The position numbers were made by a program, and so were the translations under genes. Below, piece after piece: positions 29,201 to 39,400 of a stretch of 64,000 nucleotides of DNA; within the stretch, counting starts at the first letter, position 1; every line of letters starts with the position of its first letter. The stretch covers positions 1 to 64,000 of the IMG/VR virus record IMGVR_UViG_3300014969_000017; one strand, written 5' to 3'. This DNA is from a virus (lineage: Duplodnaviria > Caudoviricetes). The notes under the pieces are model-generated. The model ran no database searches. It saw only the letters and a program-made list of their open reading frames with translations, and was not told where the DNA came from.

Positions 29201-32200
29201 TCGCGTACCGGCTGGCAACCTCGGGATACTTCTCCTTGAACGCGGCCATCGACTCGGACACCGACCCGGCCGCGAAGCGACCGCTCTCGTCGCGTGGATG
29301 TGAGCCTTCATCCCAGTCGAGCATGAACGACAGTGCCAGCTTGCGCGAGCCGACTTCCGTCTCCGTCCACGGCCCGTGGTTGCGCGTCCGCAGCATGTTG
29401 ATGGCTGAGTGCTCGGCGGTGTACTTCGCCTCGGGCTTGGCTTTCACCAGTCCGTACCACCGGCCCTTGTTCATCTCCACGCCGGTGGTCGGGTCTGCGA
29501 CCGTCGTGGCCGACTCGGCCCACGCGTGATCGAACGTCTGCCCCTCGCCGTTCGTCACCTTGCCGTGGACAAGCACGTAGCCATCGCGCTGGCGCACGAA
29601 CCGCGCCGCGTTGCGGAAGCATTCACCTTTCTCACCGGCGGGGATGTCCGTCACCGTCTCCGCCGACGCAGGCTCCACCGACGCCACCATCGTGGCGTGG
29701 CTGACGTTCATGCCCTCCTTGGTGCCGTTGTATTCCGAGTCCACCTCGGTGCCGCCCGACTTCTTCTGCGTGATCCACGACCGGGATTTCCGGTCGTACC
29801 AACTCTCGACCGTGGAGCCATCCGCACTGGTCGATTTCTTGGCTCCGTGTGGCGTGCCGCGTCCACCTTCATGCGTCCACTGATTCCCGTGGAACTCGTG
29901 ACCCGGCACGTCCCCGAGATGTACGGGGTCCGCTGCCATGTCGATGTAGTCCTTGAACGCACGCGGGTCGCCATCGATCTTGTCGATGAGGATGTCGTCC
30001 TTCGTGAACTGGACGCCCTTGGTCTTCTGCCACGTGTAGCCGCCGCCGGTTTCGTACGTGCTGGGCGGGATGTCGATGGAGTAGACGCCGTCCTTCAGTT
30101 TCGCGACGACATAGACGTGCTGCTCTCCGATCTGCTGACTGACCGTCGTGGCCTCGACGCCTTCGTCAATCAGCTTGCTGGCGATCTCGTCTGCGATGAT
30201 GTGGCAGATGCCACCACCCGCATAGCAATCCGGATCCTCGTCCCAGTCGTCGTACACCTTCTGCGCGGCAGCAGCGAGCGCAGGAGCGAACTTGGCCTCC
30301 ACGTCTTTGCCGGTGTGCTGGGGTTCGTCCGGATCCTCGTCGTCGCCTTCCCCATCAGTCCATTGATTGCCTCGGAACGGGTGCCCATCCACATCCCCGA
30401 GATGCTTCTCCGCCTTCTTCAGGAACATCTGGGTGAGCGAGGCTTCGTACCGTCGCGCCTCGCGCTCGATGTCGCGCTGCACTTCCGCGACGACCTCGGG
30501 CGGTACGTCGAGGCCGGGCGGCGGCACGAACGTCCACGCGTCGGGCTTGTCGGCTGAGAGCACGAACCACTGGCGTGCCGCGATGGGCGTCTCCTTCCGC
30601 TGCGCCGCTGGCTTTGGTCGGTACGTGAACGTGCCCCGGTAGCCAGCCTTCGCTTCCTCGCTGTTCCAGCCGATGCGCTGGTGGAAGCCCTCGAACTCGT
30701 ACACGTCGGCGCGATGCGTGTCGGGGTTGAGAATCACCGTGAGCGTGCGGCCCTTGACCGGGCGACCGATGTTCTTGGAGATTTGCTTCGTCGCCCGTTC
30801 CTTGCGGACGAGAATCTGTTCTTCCTTGCTGTCGTTCCAGCGAGCCTTGTCCGCCTCGGACATATCCGCCAGCATGGCCTTCTCGGCCTTGCCCGGCTCC
30901 CCGATGGTCAGCCGCCACTGCTGTGCGCCCGTGGTGTTTCCGGCGCTCCCAGCCTTGACCTCGATGACCTCGCCGCTGCCGTCGTCGTTGATCGACACGA
31001 GGTCGATGGGGAAGTTGGGTTGCCCGACGTTGGACGCGTAGACGCGGTCCTTCTCCTGCTGGGTGAGGTACTCCGCGACGATGGCCTCGCCAATCGCGCC
31101 CTGCTCCGGCTTGGTCAGCTTCGTCTTGACGCCGCCGGGATCGCAGCAGGCACGCTTGTCGCCCTTGACCGGCTCGATGCGGTAGTCGCGTGACGCGGCC
31201 GGGTACGCATCCGTCCACTGGTTGCCGTGGAACTCGTGACCGGGAAGGTCGCCCAGTAGCAGTGCGAGCCTGTCCCGGTAGGTTAAATCTCGCCCAGTGC
31301 TCGCGCCTCCCGCAGCGCCAACCCGCCATGCTTGGCGACCCAGTCGGCTCCCTTGAGTCGCTCCAGCTTCGCTAAGAAACGTCTTTCCGCCGGACTCTGT
31401 GCGCTTGGCGGCAGCGTCGGCACGTCGGGTGACGGCGTGCTTGCTGGCGATGGCGGTGGCGTCTCGTTTCCCTTGGTCGTAGTCGTCATAGTAGTTATCC
31501 CCCGGTTCATTCGGCGTCTGCCACAGGAACTCGTCCGCCAGTCGCTCGCGGATGTCCTCGACCGACTGGGCGTGCTGATCCAGTGCGAGGAAGATCACAT
31601 CCGGATGATCGTCCTTCTCGTAGTTCCAATCCTTCGGCGCGTACTCCGGGTTGAACGCCATGCGTCCGGTTTCGTGCAACCCGAACTGGGTGTACAGCAA
31701 CGGCAGGTACCCGTCGTACGCATCGGCCGTCTTCCCCCCGTCCGCAATCATCTGGAGCAACACTTCGCGTGCCGCGCCGGACGGCCCGTCGTTGTTGAAC
31801 AGATTCCCCATGTCGCCGCCCGGCGTCATCGCGCCGCCGACCGTGCCGTCCTTCGACAGGTACAGCTTCTGGCCCTTCAGATCATCCGGCGTCAACGGCG
31901 ACAGGAACGCCATCCGCGAAGACTTGTTCCGCGCCTCGATGAATTCGTGCGGGGTTGGCTCGTGCAGAGGAACCGTGCTGATCTTCTCGCCGTCGCCGCC
32001 GCCACCATCCGCCGACCCACCCACTTCACCGGGCCGTCCGGCATGCCCGAAGTTCCCGCTGCCGGGACCACCGAGGTCTATACTACCATTGTCCCGCCCG
32101 TTCGGCAAGTTCTCCTGCCAGTCGAGCACGAGGACCGCGAGGTCGTCACCCGAGAGCACGGTCAGCGCCTCGCCTGCGAGACGGTCGGCCTCCTCGGCCC

Positions 32201-32894
32201 CGGCGTAGTCCTTCGCTGTCACCGTGCCCGTCGCGTGGGTGATGAACGTGACCGTCACGTCGCAGTTGTCGTTCTGCACATCCGGGTGGTGATTGGCCTC
32301 GTTGGCCGCATCCATCAACGCCGAGATGAACGTCGCGCACGCCCGGAGGTTCGGGAACGTGATCTGCCGCGTCAGCCCCGCATCGCCCAGTTGCCAGTCC
32401 GGATGCAGGCCGGGCTTCGCATCGCGCAGCGTCAACTGGACACCGCGCCGATGTAGCCCTCGGAGTACCGGCACGAAGTCGCCGGTGTCGGCCTGCTCGA
32501 ACTCCCACACCCGCGCCGGAAGCGTCTCGTCGCCGCGCAGGACGGCCGCGCCCAGTCGCGTGTGTCCTTCCTGAATGACCCACCGCTCGCGACCGCTCCG
32601 CATCACCACGTGCGCCACGTCCGGCGGATCACGCCGGGGCTTGACGACATACGCCGACAGCCCGGCCACCGGCAGCAAGTCCCGTGTCGGCTCCAGCGTG
32701 TCGAGCCGCACGGACTGCACGGCGTTCTGGGTCGTCTTGCGATTGAGCGGCACCTTCAGCGTCGTGACCGGTGCCCGGAACACATCGGCGGCTCGCACCG
32801 CCAGCGGAATCGTCGGCGTCGAGGTCGTGGGCAGTCGGTCCAGCGCCTGCAAGCCCGGCACGGCCTCCCGCTGGGGCGCAGGCGCGGCACTCAC
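26220..32894 (-). CDS. Giant 2224-aa polyvalent polyprotein with seven internal tags
   Basis: ParB-like, PCD-like (HHPD), GNAT-like, PD-(D/E)xK (IDLV...IEVK), two Cys-His-Asp papain/transglutaminase-like, HD (LHDIGK), VIP2-type ART (GFTST...EAEILL), zincin (HEVSH). Confidence 0.85.
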   Translation of the reverse strand: MSAAPAPQREAVPGLQALDRLPTTSTPTIPLAVRAADVFRAPVTTLKVPLNRKTTQNAVQSVRLDTLEPTRDLLPVAGLSAYVVKPRRDPPDVAHVVMRSGRERWVIQEGHTRLGAAVLRGDETLPARVWEFEQADTGDFVPVLRGLHRRGVQLTLRDAKPGLHPDWQLGDAGLTRQITFPNLRACATFISALMDAANEANHHPDVQNDNCDVTVTFITHATGTVTAKDYAGAEEADRLAGEALTVLSGDDLAVLVLDWQENLPNGRDNGSIDLGGPGSGNFGHAGRPGEVGGSADGGGGDGEKISTVPLHEPTPHEFIEARNKSSRMAFLSPLTPDDLKGQKLYLSKDGTVGGAMTPGGDMGNLFNNDGPSGAAREVLLQMIADGGKTADAYDGYLPLLYTQFGLHETGRMAFNPEYAPKDWNYEKDDHPDVIFLALDQHAQSVEDIRERLADEFLWQTPNEPGDNYYDDYDQGKRDATAIASKHAVTRRADAAAKRTESGGKTFLSEAGATQGSRLGRQAWRVGAAGGASTGRDLTYRDRLALLLGDLPGHEFHGNQWTDAYPAASRDYRIEPVKGDKRACCDPGGVKTKLTKPEQGAIGEAIVAEYLTQQEKDRVYASNVGQPNFPIDLVSINDDGSGEVIEVKAGSAGNTTGAQQWRLTIGEPGKAEKAMLADMSEADKARWNDSKEEQILVRKERATKQISKNIGRPVKGRTLTVILNPDTHRADVYEFEGFHQRIGWNSEEAKAGYRGTFTYRPKPAAQRKETPIAARQWFVLSADKPDAWTFVPPPGLDVPPEVVAEVQRDIEREARRYEASLTQMFLKKAEKHLGDVDGHPFRGNQWTDGEGDDEDPDEPQHTGKDVEAKFAPALAAAAQKVYDDWDEDPDCYAGGGICHIIADEIASKLIDEGVEATTVSQQIGEQHVYVVAKLKDGVYSIDIPPSTYETGGGYTWQKTKGVQFTKDDILIDKIDGDPRAFKDYIDMAADPVHLGDVPGHEFHGNQWTHEGGRGTPHGAKKSTSADGSTVESWYDRKSRSWITQKKSGGTEVDSEYNGTKEGMNVSHATMVASVEPASAETVTDIPAGEKGECFRNAARFVRQRDGYVLVHGKVTNGEGQTFDHAWAESATTVADPTTGVEMNKGRWYGLVKAKPEAKYTAEHSAINMLRTRNHGPWTETEVGSRKLALSFMLDWDEGSHPRDESGRFAAGSVSESMAAFKEKYPEVASRYAKSSYTEMGSIEAHTRDVGRTWATQLTPEELSGISGRFGSDVGKLMAAAIPLHDIGKADARESGGSQHEHTIPILQRVLRREGFTERDVSLATELLNHDMIGPLLRAHEGMRSQRTPQEVATILGAKAQKVGMNATDFATLQLAFFHADASSYPFVARQMTQEPSGKHTFKHASVLAPIHALIAKPHHLSINLGDVEGHPFRGNQYTDVVGGGAGVTQAVRQFKGNEGYDWHERPEMETYVRSLPPHEVEAVNNYAGFSYADINAQLRGSFVPDTVNEFVRPATEAEIAAFRPTGKSEAKAYDPDDPINKVEDGRIIRNAFTVNPATGEKVFYSVQRAVPDRARARELDKHVAAINSLIREHGYVLPEPMEVTRAAYVPGLSYEDLKAQEGGITEERGFTSTMLGNPGNRLDSYVLGGKAESLYKRYADKEGSSAIYTRQDEVAAPMRISIILPAGTKVAPVETLRRVDYAYPKVQDPAVFDHPEWLTNDDGTPNGLKASDYTRPDFTAKPTIKMDRLHETNQRSEAEILLGSGAQFRIVSVQRGPRRITSSDPKMKAVEPIDVVLEYIGGGSSEGKKDLSSKVSRRETLPSLDLGGPGSGNFGHAGRPGEVGGSSSEGPSAFVQRDTESADTEALATIEGAGPERRKWVERLVASRAADAALHDAKEAHRASIRLVEQRYGTWESLLIPPASDEEYGRRAEALEARRNADPDFRATKDAMLAAYDAAKAAQKAYDDQASPMRVEVITNLSHAVAKDMGVDPSTIHVVDKEPSTFTVGTKEFREGGHYNPATKQIEINARNLAYGDVPAVKGIAAHEVSHAIYDQFKDELEAEDERYKVLSGHYNDEKGTDWFYERFDQPHRFGETTVKPGMREQLAREFPASAVWANLHDGKMFTGLSDKIIKENGHSAYAKSYWTPEAVRVRGHGTYDTAINETVAEVTRWLIAPKSWNEEPAKASVADGKIRLQSTGLGPKSAWVAFTKGMHAWHQQKARS

Positions 32895-33217
32895 TGGGTC
32901 GCTACCGCTAGTTCAAGGTTCTCGCCCACGTGGAAGTTGAAGGCATCGGTGTGCCACTGGCCGGTCGGGAACTCCATGAAGATTTGCCCCGACCACGGGC
33001 CGGACTCATCGAGGTCGTCCTCGACCGTCGTGTAGGTGAAGACGCCGTCGGTGCCGTTGGTTTCAAATTCCGCTGGACGCGCGACGACCCGCCCACTCGG
33101 CTTCTTCAGCTTGAGCGTCTTCGTCGTCGCCGCTGCCGCATTGAACGGCAAGCCTTCCTCGCGGACCCGCACGCGGATGATGGAGCCAATGTCGTCCTTG
33201 CGTAGCTGTCCTGCCAT
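32891..33217 (-). CDS. BppU N-terminal-like structural protein
   Basis: DDIGSIIRV...LKLKKPSG...DGVFTYTTVEDDLDESGPWSGQI. Confidence 0.6.
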   Translation of the reverse strand: MAGQLRKDDIGSIIRVRVREEGLPFNAAAATTKTLKLKKPSGRVVARPAEFETNGTDGVFTYTTVEDDLDESGPWSGQIFMEFPTGQWHTDAFNFHVGENLELAVATQ

Positions 33218-33218
33218 G

Positions 33219-33683
33219 TCATCGCTCCGTATCAACCGAGAAGACCAGCCGCACCAGCACCGGCGCAGTCGTGTCCAGCGCCGTATGCACCGCCACCGTC
33301 GCCTCCACCATCACGATCTTCCGCAGGATACCGACGGTCACATCCACCCGCCGCTCGACCACGACCATCGCCTCGACTTCACCGGGCGGCAGGACCACCG
33401 CCGTCTCTTTCGTCTGCGAGGGTGCGAGCGCCACATCGATCAGCGCCTCGCGCTCGATGCTGGCCTCCACCTCCACCCGCCGCTCGACACCGACCGTCGC
33501 CTCGACTTCGCCAGCCTCGATGACGACCAGTCCCTCGTCGGCCACGAGGGTGTCCACAATCACATCGGCCGTGAGCGACGTGCAGACTTGCACGTCGAAC
33601 TCGATGACCTCCGGGATGACGATGACAATCCGGACAGCCGGGAAGTACAGCCCCGGATAGCCCCCGCCCGGATAGATCATCAC
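33219..33683 (-). CDS. Val/Glu-rich beta-repeat structural protein
   Basis: Internal repeat GEVEA.V.VERRV; coupled to neighbouring genes. Confidence 0.55.
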   Translation of the reverse strand: MMIYPGGGYPGLYFPAVRIVIVIPEVIEFDVQVCTSLTADVIVDTLVADEGLVVIEAGEVEATVGVERRVEVEASIEREALIDVALAPSQTKETAVVLPPGEVEAMVVVERRVDVTVGILRKIVMVEATVAVHTALDTTAPVLVRLVFSVDTER

Positions 33684-33701
33684 GGCGCGATCATACGGCC
33701 G

Positions 33702-34049
33702 CTACTCCTGCTTCGGGCAGGCGCTGAGAAAGTCCCAGAGGTCCACCACGTCCCGCGAGACGCGCGGACTCCATGCGACCTTCTCCGTGTACTGCTGCAA
33801 CAGGTCGAAGTCCTCCTGCGCCAGCACCACCGTCTGCGTCTCGCCGGTCAGCTTGCGATCCGGCTCGTTCCCCGTGGGCGAGGCCGTCGGCTCGCTGATG
33901 CGATCAAACGCGTCCTGCAACCGCGCCTCTTTGCGAATCGTGGCCGGGGAGCGGTCGCCCTTCCCGTCCCCACCGGTCGCCAGCGCGGTCCAGATCAACG
34001 TGAACCGCGTTGCCGCCTTCGGCCCCTCGAACACCACCGCTCGTGTCAT
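33702..34049 (-). CDS. Hypothetical protein (possible fibre chaperone)
   Basis: 115 aa downstream of the fibre genes; GAGG RBS. Confidence 0.5.
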   Translation of the reverse strand: MTRAVVFEGPKAATRFTLIWTALATGGDGKGDRSPATIRKEARLQDAFDRISEPTASPTGNEPDRKLTGETQTVVLAQEDFDLLQQYTEKVAWSPRVSRDVVDLWDFLSACPKQE

Positions 34050-34055
34050 GCGTCC

Positions 34056-36479
34056 TCAGTTCGGATACCGGAACTTCACGAAACCGTGCGCCCCATACTC
34101 GCCGCCGCCGACGTTCCGGGCCTGACCGCCCTGCCCACTGTTGCCGGGCGGGGGTGCATCGACCGGGCCTCGACCGCCACGGCCCCCTGCGCCATAGTAG
34201 CCACCGTCCCACGCCCACGTGCCCGGTCCTCCAGCGCCACCGACGTTCGAGCCATTGCCCCCGCCACCACCAGATCCGCCGCCACCGCCGCCGCCGTTAC
34301 TGTTCCCGACGCCTTGACGCCCACCAGCGCCGCCGCCATACCCTTGCCCTGACGCGCCGCCGTCACCACCCCACCCATACCCCGGATCGGGGGGCGCACC
34401 ACCACCATTGCCGCCGGGAGCGGCGTTGACGCCACGATAGTACGTGTTCCCGTCCACCCAGATGTTGGCGCACCACACGGAGCTATCGACCACTGGCTCT
34501 ACGTCATTCCACTGGTTGACCGCACCACCACCACCGCCGCCGCCGCCCAGATCCCAGTCCTCGTTACCCGGTCCACCGGGACCACCCGCGCCCACGAACA
34601 GGCGCTGCAACGTGCCGCCACGTCGAATCGAGAAGTTGACCCAGTCTCCAGCGACGACCCAGATCGTGGTATAGCCGCCCGAGTAATCGACGCCCCAGTT
34701 CCCGGCAGGCGCGTACGTGATCACCATCTCCATCGACGGGCGGTTGCTCGCCTGATTACTCGGGTCTGAGAAGTTGCCGTTGTACGCGTGGACGTAGCAC
34801 GTGTAGGTCGCACCCGGCGTCAAGCCGCCGATGTCGAGGTAGTTGACTCCCGCATCCGCCCACGCCCACCACTGCCCATTCAGGATCAGCAGATGCTGGA
34901 CGTTCGACTGCGGAGTCCACTGCATCCGCAGGGTCTGATCATTCGAGACGGGCGTGACCGAAAAGTTGTACGCAGGCGCAGGGGTCGTCAGTTGGTAGAC
35001 CTGATTCGACCACGCCGTCTCGTAGCCGTTCCGGTAGTGCGCCATCGCGTAGTAGTACCCAACATTCGCGGTGAGGCCAGAGTCGGTCCACGCCGTCGTC
35101 CCCGCATTGAGCGATCCGATGTACCGCCAGACCGGGTCGTTCGTCGCGTAGCGATAAATCTGCACGTAGTCGTACGAGCCGTTTGTCCATGACAAGGCAA
35201 TCTGCGAACTGTTCACCCCGGCGACGGCGAGGCCCGACGGCGGATTGAACGCGGCCTGTAGCTGACCCGCCCCGGAGGAGTTCTGGCCGTTGTCAGGCGT
35301 GTCGTAGCCATCGCGGAGATGGCGCACGATCACGTCGTAATGCTTACCAGTCGAGAGGCCGGTCAGTGAGTACGACGCGGTCCCTGCCGCAAGATCGACG
35401 TTCTCCCAGTTCCAGTTGTCGGTCGTATTCCGTCGCCACACGCGCACGGGATCCCCGTACGGCGCATTCGTCCACGACACATCGAGTTGTGCCTGCCCGA
35501 CCGCTGGATTCGCAGGGACGGTGACGACCACACCCGTCGGAGACACGGCCGGGGGCTTGGTCCCGGCCCAGATCCACTGCACGAGGCCAGAGTCGTACTG
35601 GCCGCTCGCATTCGCCCGATAGTGCTGGAGGCCGTAGGCGCGGTTCTCACTCGGGTTTAGTTCGGTGTCCGTCCACTGCGTCGTGCCAGCGGCGACAACG
35701 CCGACGTACTGCCACCCGTCCGGCCACGGCCCCGCGCCACCCCGGTTGATGTAGCGGAAAATCTCGATGGCATCGCCAGCCTGTGCGTTCGTCCATGTGA
35801 CGACCAGTTGCGTTGAACCGTTCAGCCCGTTCGGCGGAACGACGCTCGTCACCGTCGGTGAGTTGAACTGAATCTGGGTCGTGGCGACCGCATCATTCGA
35901 CGGCGCGGATTCGTACCACTGGTCCGTCGGCCGTTCGTGGTTGACGTGGTAGTAGTACGTCGAATTCGCGGCGAGGCCGGTGTCGGTGTAACTCGCCACG
36001 CCGGGATTGAGCGTGGCGAGGAACGCCCACGCGCTGCCGGTCCAGCGATAGACGTTCGTGTAATCCCCGTACGGGCTGTTCGTCCACGCCAGCGCGATCT
36101 GGGTCACGCCAGCCGGGAGCGGCAGCACCTGACTCGCGGTGAAGTTCGTCGGCGCGACGAACGCTTGCTGCGTCGTCGCCCCAGCGATATTCGACGGAGC
36201 CGAGAGCCGCCCACCGCCACCCTCGGACTGCGTGACATAGAAACTGTACGGCGTGTTTGCCGCCAGCCCGGTCACGTCGTACGTCTGCACACCGGGGTTC
36301 ACATAGCCGATGTACGAGCCGTTGCTGAACCAGATATTCGTGTACTGATTCGGATCCGTCGTGTGCCACGTCAGGCGAATCGACGTGATCCCCGCTGGCA
36401 CCTGTGCGATCTGACTCGCAACCAGCGCCGTCGGCGGCTGCAACCGCTTTCGGTAGAGCGTCGGATGAAAGCGCGGCAT
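34056..36479 (-). CDS. Fibronectin type III repeat fibre protein with Gly-rich C-terminal domain
   Basis: About six FN3-like repeats (LxW...Y...TGLAANT.Y.Y...S..SN) followed by a GGGGGG-rich domain. Confidence 0.82.
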   Translation of the reverse strand: MPRFHPTLYRKRLQPPTALVASQIAQVPAGITSIRLTWHTTDPNQYTNIWFSNGSYIGYVNPGVQTYDVTGLAANTPYSFYVTQSEGGGGRLSAPSNIAGATTQQAFVAPTNFTASQVLPLPAGVTQIALAWTNSPYGDYTNVYRWTGSAWAFLATLNPGVASYTDTGLAANSTYYYHVNHERPTDQWYESAPSNDAVATTQIQFNSPTVTSVVPPNGLNGSTQLVVTWTNAQAGDAIEIFRYINRGGAGPWPDGWQYVGVVAAGTTQWTDTELNPSENRAYGLQHYRANASGQYDSGLVQWIWAGTKPPAVSPTGVVVTVPANPAVGQAQLDVSWTNAPYGDPVRVWRRNTTDNWNWENVDLAAGTASYSLTGLSTGKHYDVIVRHLRDGYDTPDNGQNSSGAGQLQAAFNPPSGLAVAGVNSSQIALSWTNGSYDYVQIYRYATNDPVWRYIGSLNAGTTAWTDSGLTANVGYYYAMAHYRNGYETAWSNQVYQLTTPAPAYNFSVTPVSNDQTLRMQWTPQSNVQHLLILNGQWWAWADAGVNYLDIGGLTPGATYTCYVHAYNGNFSDPSNQASNRPSMEMVITYAPAGNWGVDYSGGYTTIWVVAGDWVNFSIRRGGTLQRLFVGAGGPGGPGNEDWDLGGGGGGGGAVNQWNDVEPVVDSSVWCANIWVDGNTYYRGVNAAPGGNGGGAPPDPGYGWGGDGGASGQGYGGGAGGRQGVGNSNGGGGGGGSGGGGGNGSNVGGAGGPGTWAWDGGYYGAGGRGGRGPVDAPPPGNSGQGGQARNVGGGEYGAHGFVKFRYPN

Positions 36480-36482
36480 GAC

Positions 36483-39400
36483 CTACGTCGGGAAGTTCCT
36501 GCCGCCGACGTAGCCGCGCCAGCGACCGCCGCCGTTGAGCGTCGAGAAGCCAAGGATCATCGTGCGCCCCGCGCCCGGCCACACCGGCACAACGTCCTCG
36601 TCCCATACGGTGCCAGTGGGATACGTCACCGCCCCGACGGCCGCACCCATGTCGAACTGAATGGAGCAGACGTACTCGACGCCGGACGGCGGCAGGTTGC
36701 TGAACTTGATGTTGAAGGAGCCAGCGATGCCGGACGCCTGAAATGCACTACCCGTCTTCAAGTCGAACGTGAGATTCGTGGTCGGGCCGTCATACACCGG
36801 CACTGCGCCGATGACCGTGACCGGACGACGCTGGCTCACCGTCAGCGAGTCGGCATCGAAGTTCAGTCCGATGACACCCTGCGAATCGCGCAACGACACC
36901 GCGCACCCAGCCGCGTTGCCGGTGTAGATGACAGCACCGCCCGGATACGCGAACTCGTTTCCAGTGATCAGGAGCCGTGCGCCATGCGCAGTGTCAACCA
37001 CGCCGCCGCCGCCACCGATATACACATAGCCGTTGTCCGCGCCATCCAGCGTGTCCCGCACGATGGTCGCGCCATTGCCGCCACCGCCGTCTGCCGACCC
37101 GTCGGGGCCGAGCACGATGCGACCGTTCGACAGCAGCGCCGCACCGGTCGCGCCGTCGATGGTCAGCGCCGGGTTGCCATCGGAGCGACAAATGACCGTC
37201 TTCGCATTGGCGACGTTCCCCGGCTGCAACTGGACGCGACCGGGATTGTTGTTCTGATTGCCAGCGACGAAGATGTACGCCCCGCGCAAATGATCCACGA
37301 CACCAGCGCCACTTAAGATCAGGTAGCTGGTGTCACTCGCAGCAGCCGTCGCCAGATGCAGCGCCAGCGGTGATGCCCCGCCGACAATGTCGCCGCCGAC
37401 CGTGAGTGCCTTCGTCGTCTTGTTGAATGTCAGCCCGGCATCGCCAGCGAACACGCCGCCGTCGTTGAACTGAAGCTGCGTCGTCGCACCGCCCGGCACG
37501 CCGCCGACCGCGTTGAGTGTCGTGCCGCTGAACGAGAGGTTCGTGCCCAGCACAATCGGTTCGGGCTGACCGGGGCCACTCGCACCCCCGCGCCCGAGGA
37601 GCCGCGCCTGCACGAGGTCGGGCACGAACGCTGGATTACCCTGCGGACCTTGTGGTCCTTGTGGTCCCTGATCGCCCTGTGGTCCCTGTGCTCCGGTCGC
37701 GCCAGTCGGACCCTGCGCTCCAGTCGCGCCCGTCGCACCCGTTGCGCCCTGCGGCCCTTGCGGTCCCACCGGTCCCGAGACACCGGGCGCGAACACGCCG
37801 TCATCGCGCAGGAACGTCGTCGTCCCACCGGGGAATCCCGCGAGCGCCGTGATCGTGATCGGATCGACACCGCCGACCGCGTGCGTCGGCGCATGCGCAA
37901 CGACGGCCGCGCTCGCGCCGCCGACCACGACCCAGTTCGTACCGTTCCACCGGCCGAGGACGTGCTTCGTGCCGCCGGTCGCAATCACGGCTCCGTTCAC
38001 ATCGGTCGAGGCGTCGAGGAAGCTGGCGAGCGCCCCGGTCGTCTGTCCGGCGATCCCTGCGACCGGTACTTCCTGAAGTTCGAGGCGGTTCTGCAACACG
38101 ACCACGGGACCGGAGATCGCACCGTTCCATCGGAACTGCCCCGCCCCATTACGGTCGATGAACGCGGGTCGTCCAATCAGCGAGCCGTCGTCGTTCTCCA
38201 GATCAAACTGGAGATACCCGCCGGTCGTCCAGACGTGCCACCGTCGCTGGTCCGCTGGACGCGCGGTGTCGATCAGCACGAGGCCGGGGCTGTCCGATTG
38301 CACGAGCGCGGGATTCGCGATCCCCGCAGGCGCGTTCATGACGCCGAGGCGATCTACCCACCACGTCGCACTCGCGCCGCCCGGCGTCATCACCGCAATC
38401 GCGGGATCGACCTGCGTCAGCGTCGGCCAGAACTCGACCGCCGCGCCGACTGCTGGACTGCTGTCCTGATAGCGACGACCGAACTGCACCTTCCCTGCGC
38501 CGCCGCCCTCACTCGGCGTGAAGACGATCTGTCCGCCGACGATCTTGAATAGGAGACGGCCACCCGCCGACAAGCCCCAGCCGACGTTGTCGAGGCCATC
38601 GGTGTTGCCGAAGAACCCGACGGTCGCCTTCAGCGGCGCATCGGTGCGGCCGAACTCCAAGTTGCCGGAGTCGAACTCCGGGTGCAACCCGATGGTGTAG
38701 GCGCGGCTGTTCGGCCTGTCTTGGAACGACAAGAGCGCGTCCGGGGCCATCAGCAACGGATGTGTGCTGAAGATCGGCTGGACACCCGGAGCCTGCGAGA
38801 TGAGCACCTGACCAAGAGGTGCCGTCGGCAACGTCGCGTTGTCGCCGGGCGTGCCTTGCGGACCTTGCGGACCCTGTTCGCCTTGTGCGCCTGTCTCGCC
38901 CTGCGGCCCGATGGGACCAGCGGGACCGACAGGTCCGATTGGCCCCTGCGGCGCGACGGCGACGACCACGAGCGCGATGGGCTTGTTGTTGCCCATCAGG
39001 CCAGAGCCGCCAATTTCTAGCAGCGCGACCCGAATCTCGAACCAATCAACGTAGGAGATGTACTCGACCAGTTCCCACTTCTGGTACACCACCGCGATGT
39101 CGCGGTCCTGCACGTAGATGATCGAACCGGGCACAAGGTTCGCGAACATCAGGTGCGCGTCGAACCCGTCCGTGGTCAGCCAGTCGATGTACAGCGAGGT
39201 CGCCGCCAACTGGTCAACGTCGTTCCACTTCACGTTCCCCGCGCCGGGATCGTTCTGGCTGGTCTGCGCGTTCATCCGGTACGGGAACCACGAGGCCGAC
39301 GGCGACGGATCGCCCTGCTCGCCCTTCGGTCCCTCCGGTCCCTCGATGCCCTGAATGCCCTGCGGCCCCTGTACGCCCTGCGGACCTTGAACGCCCTGCG

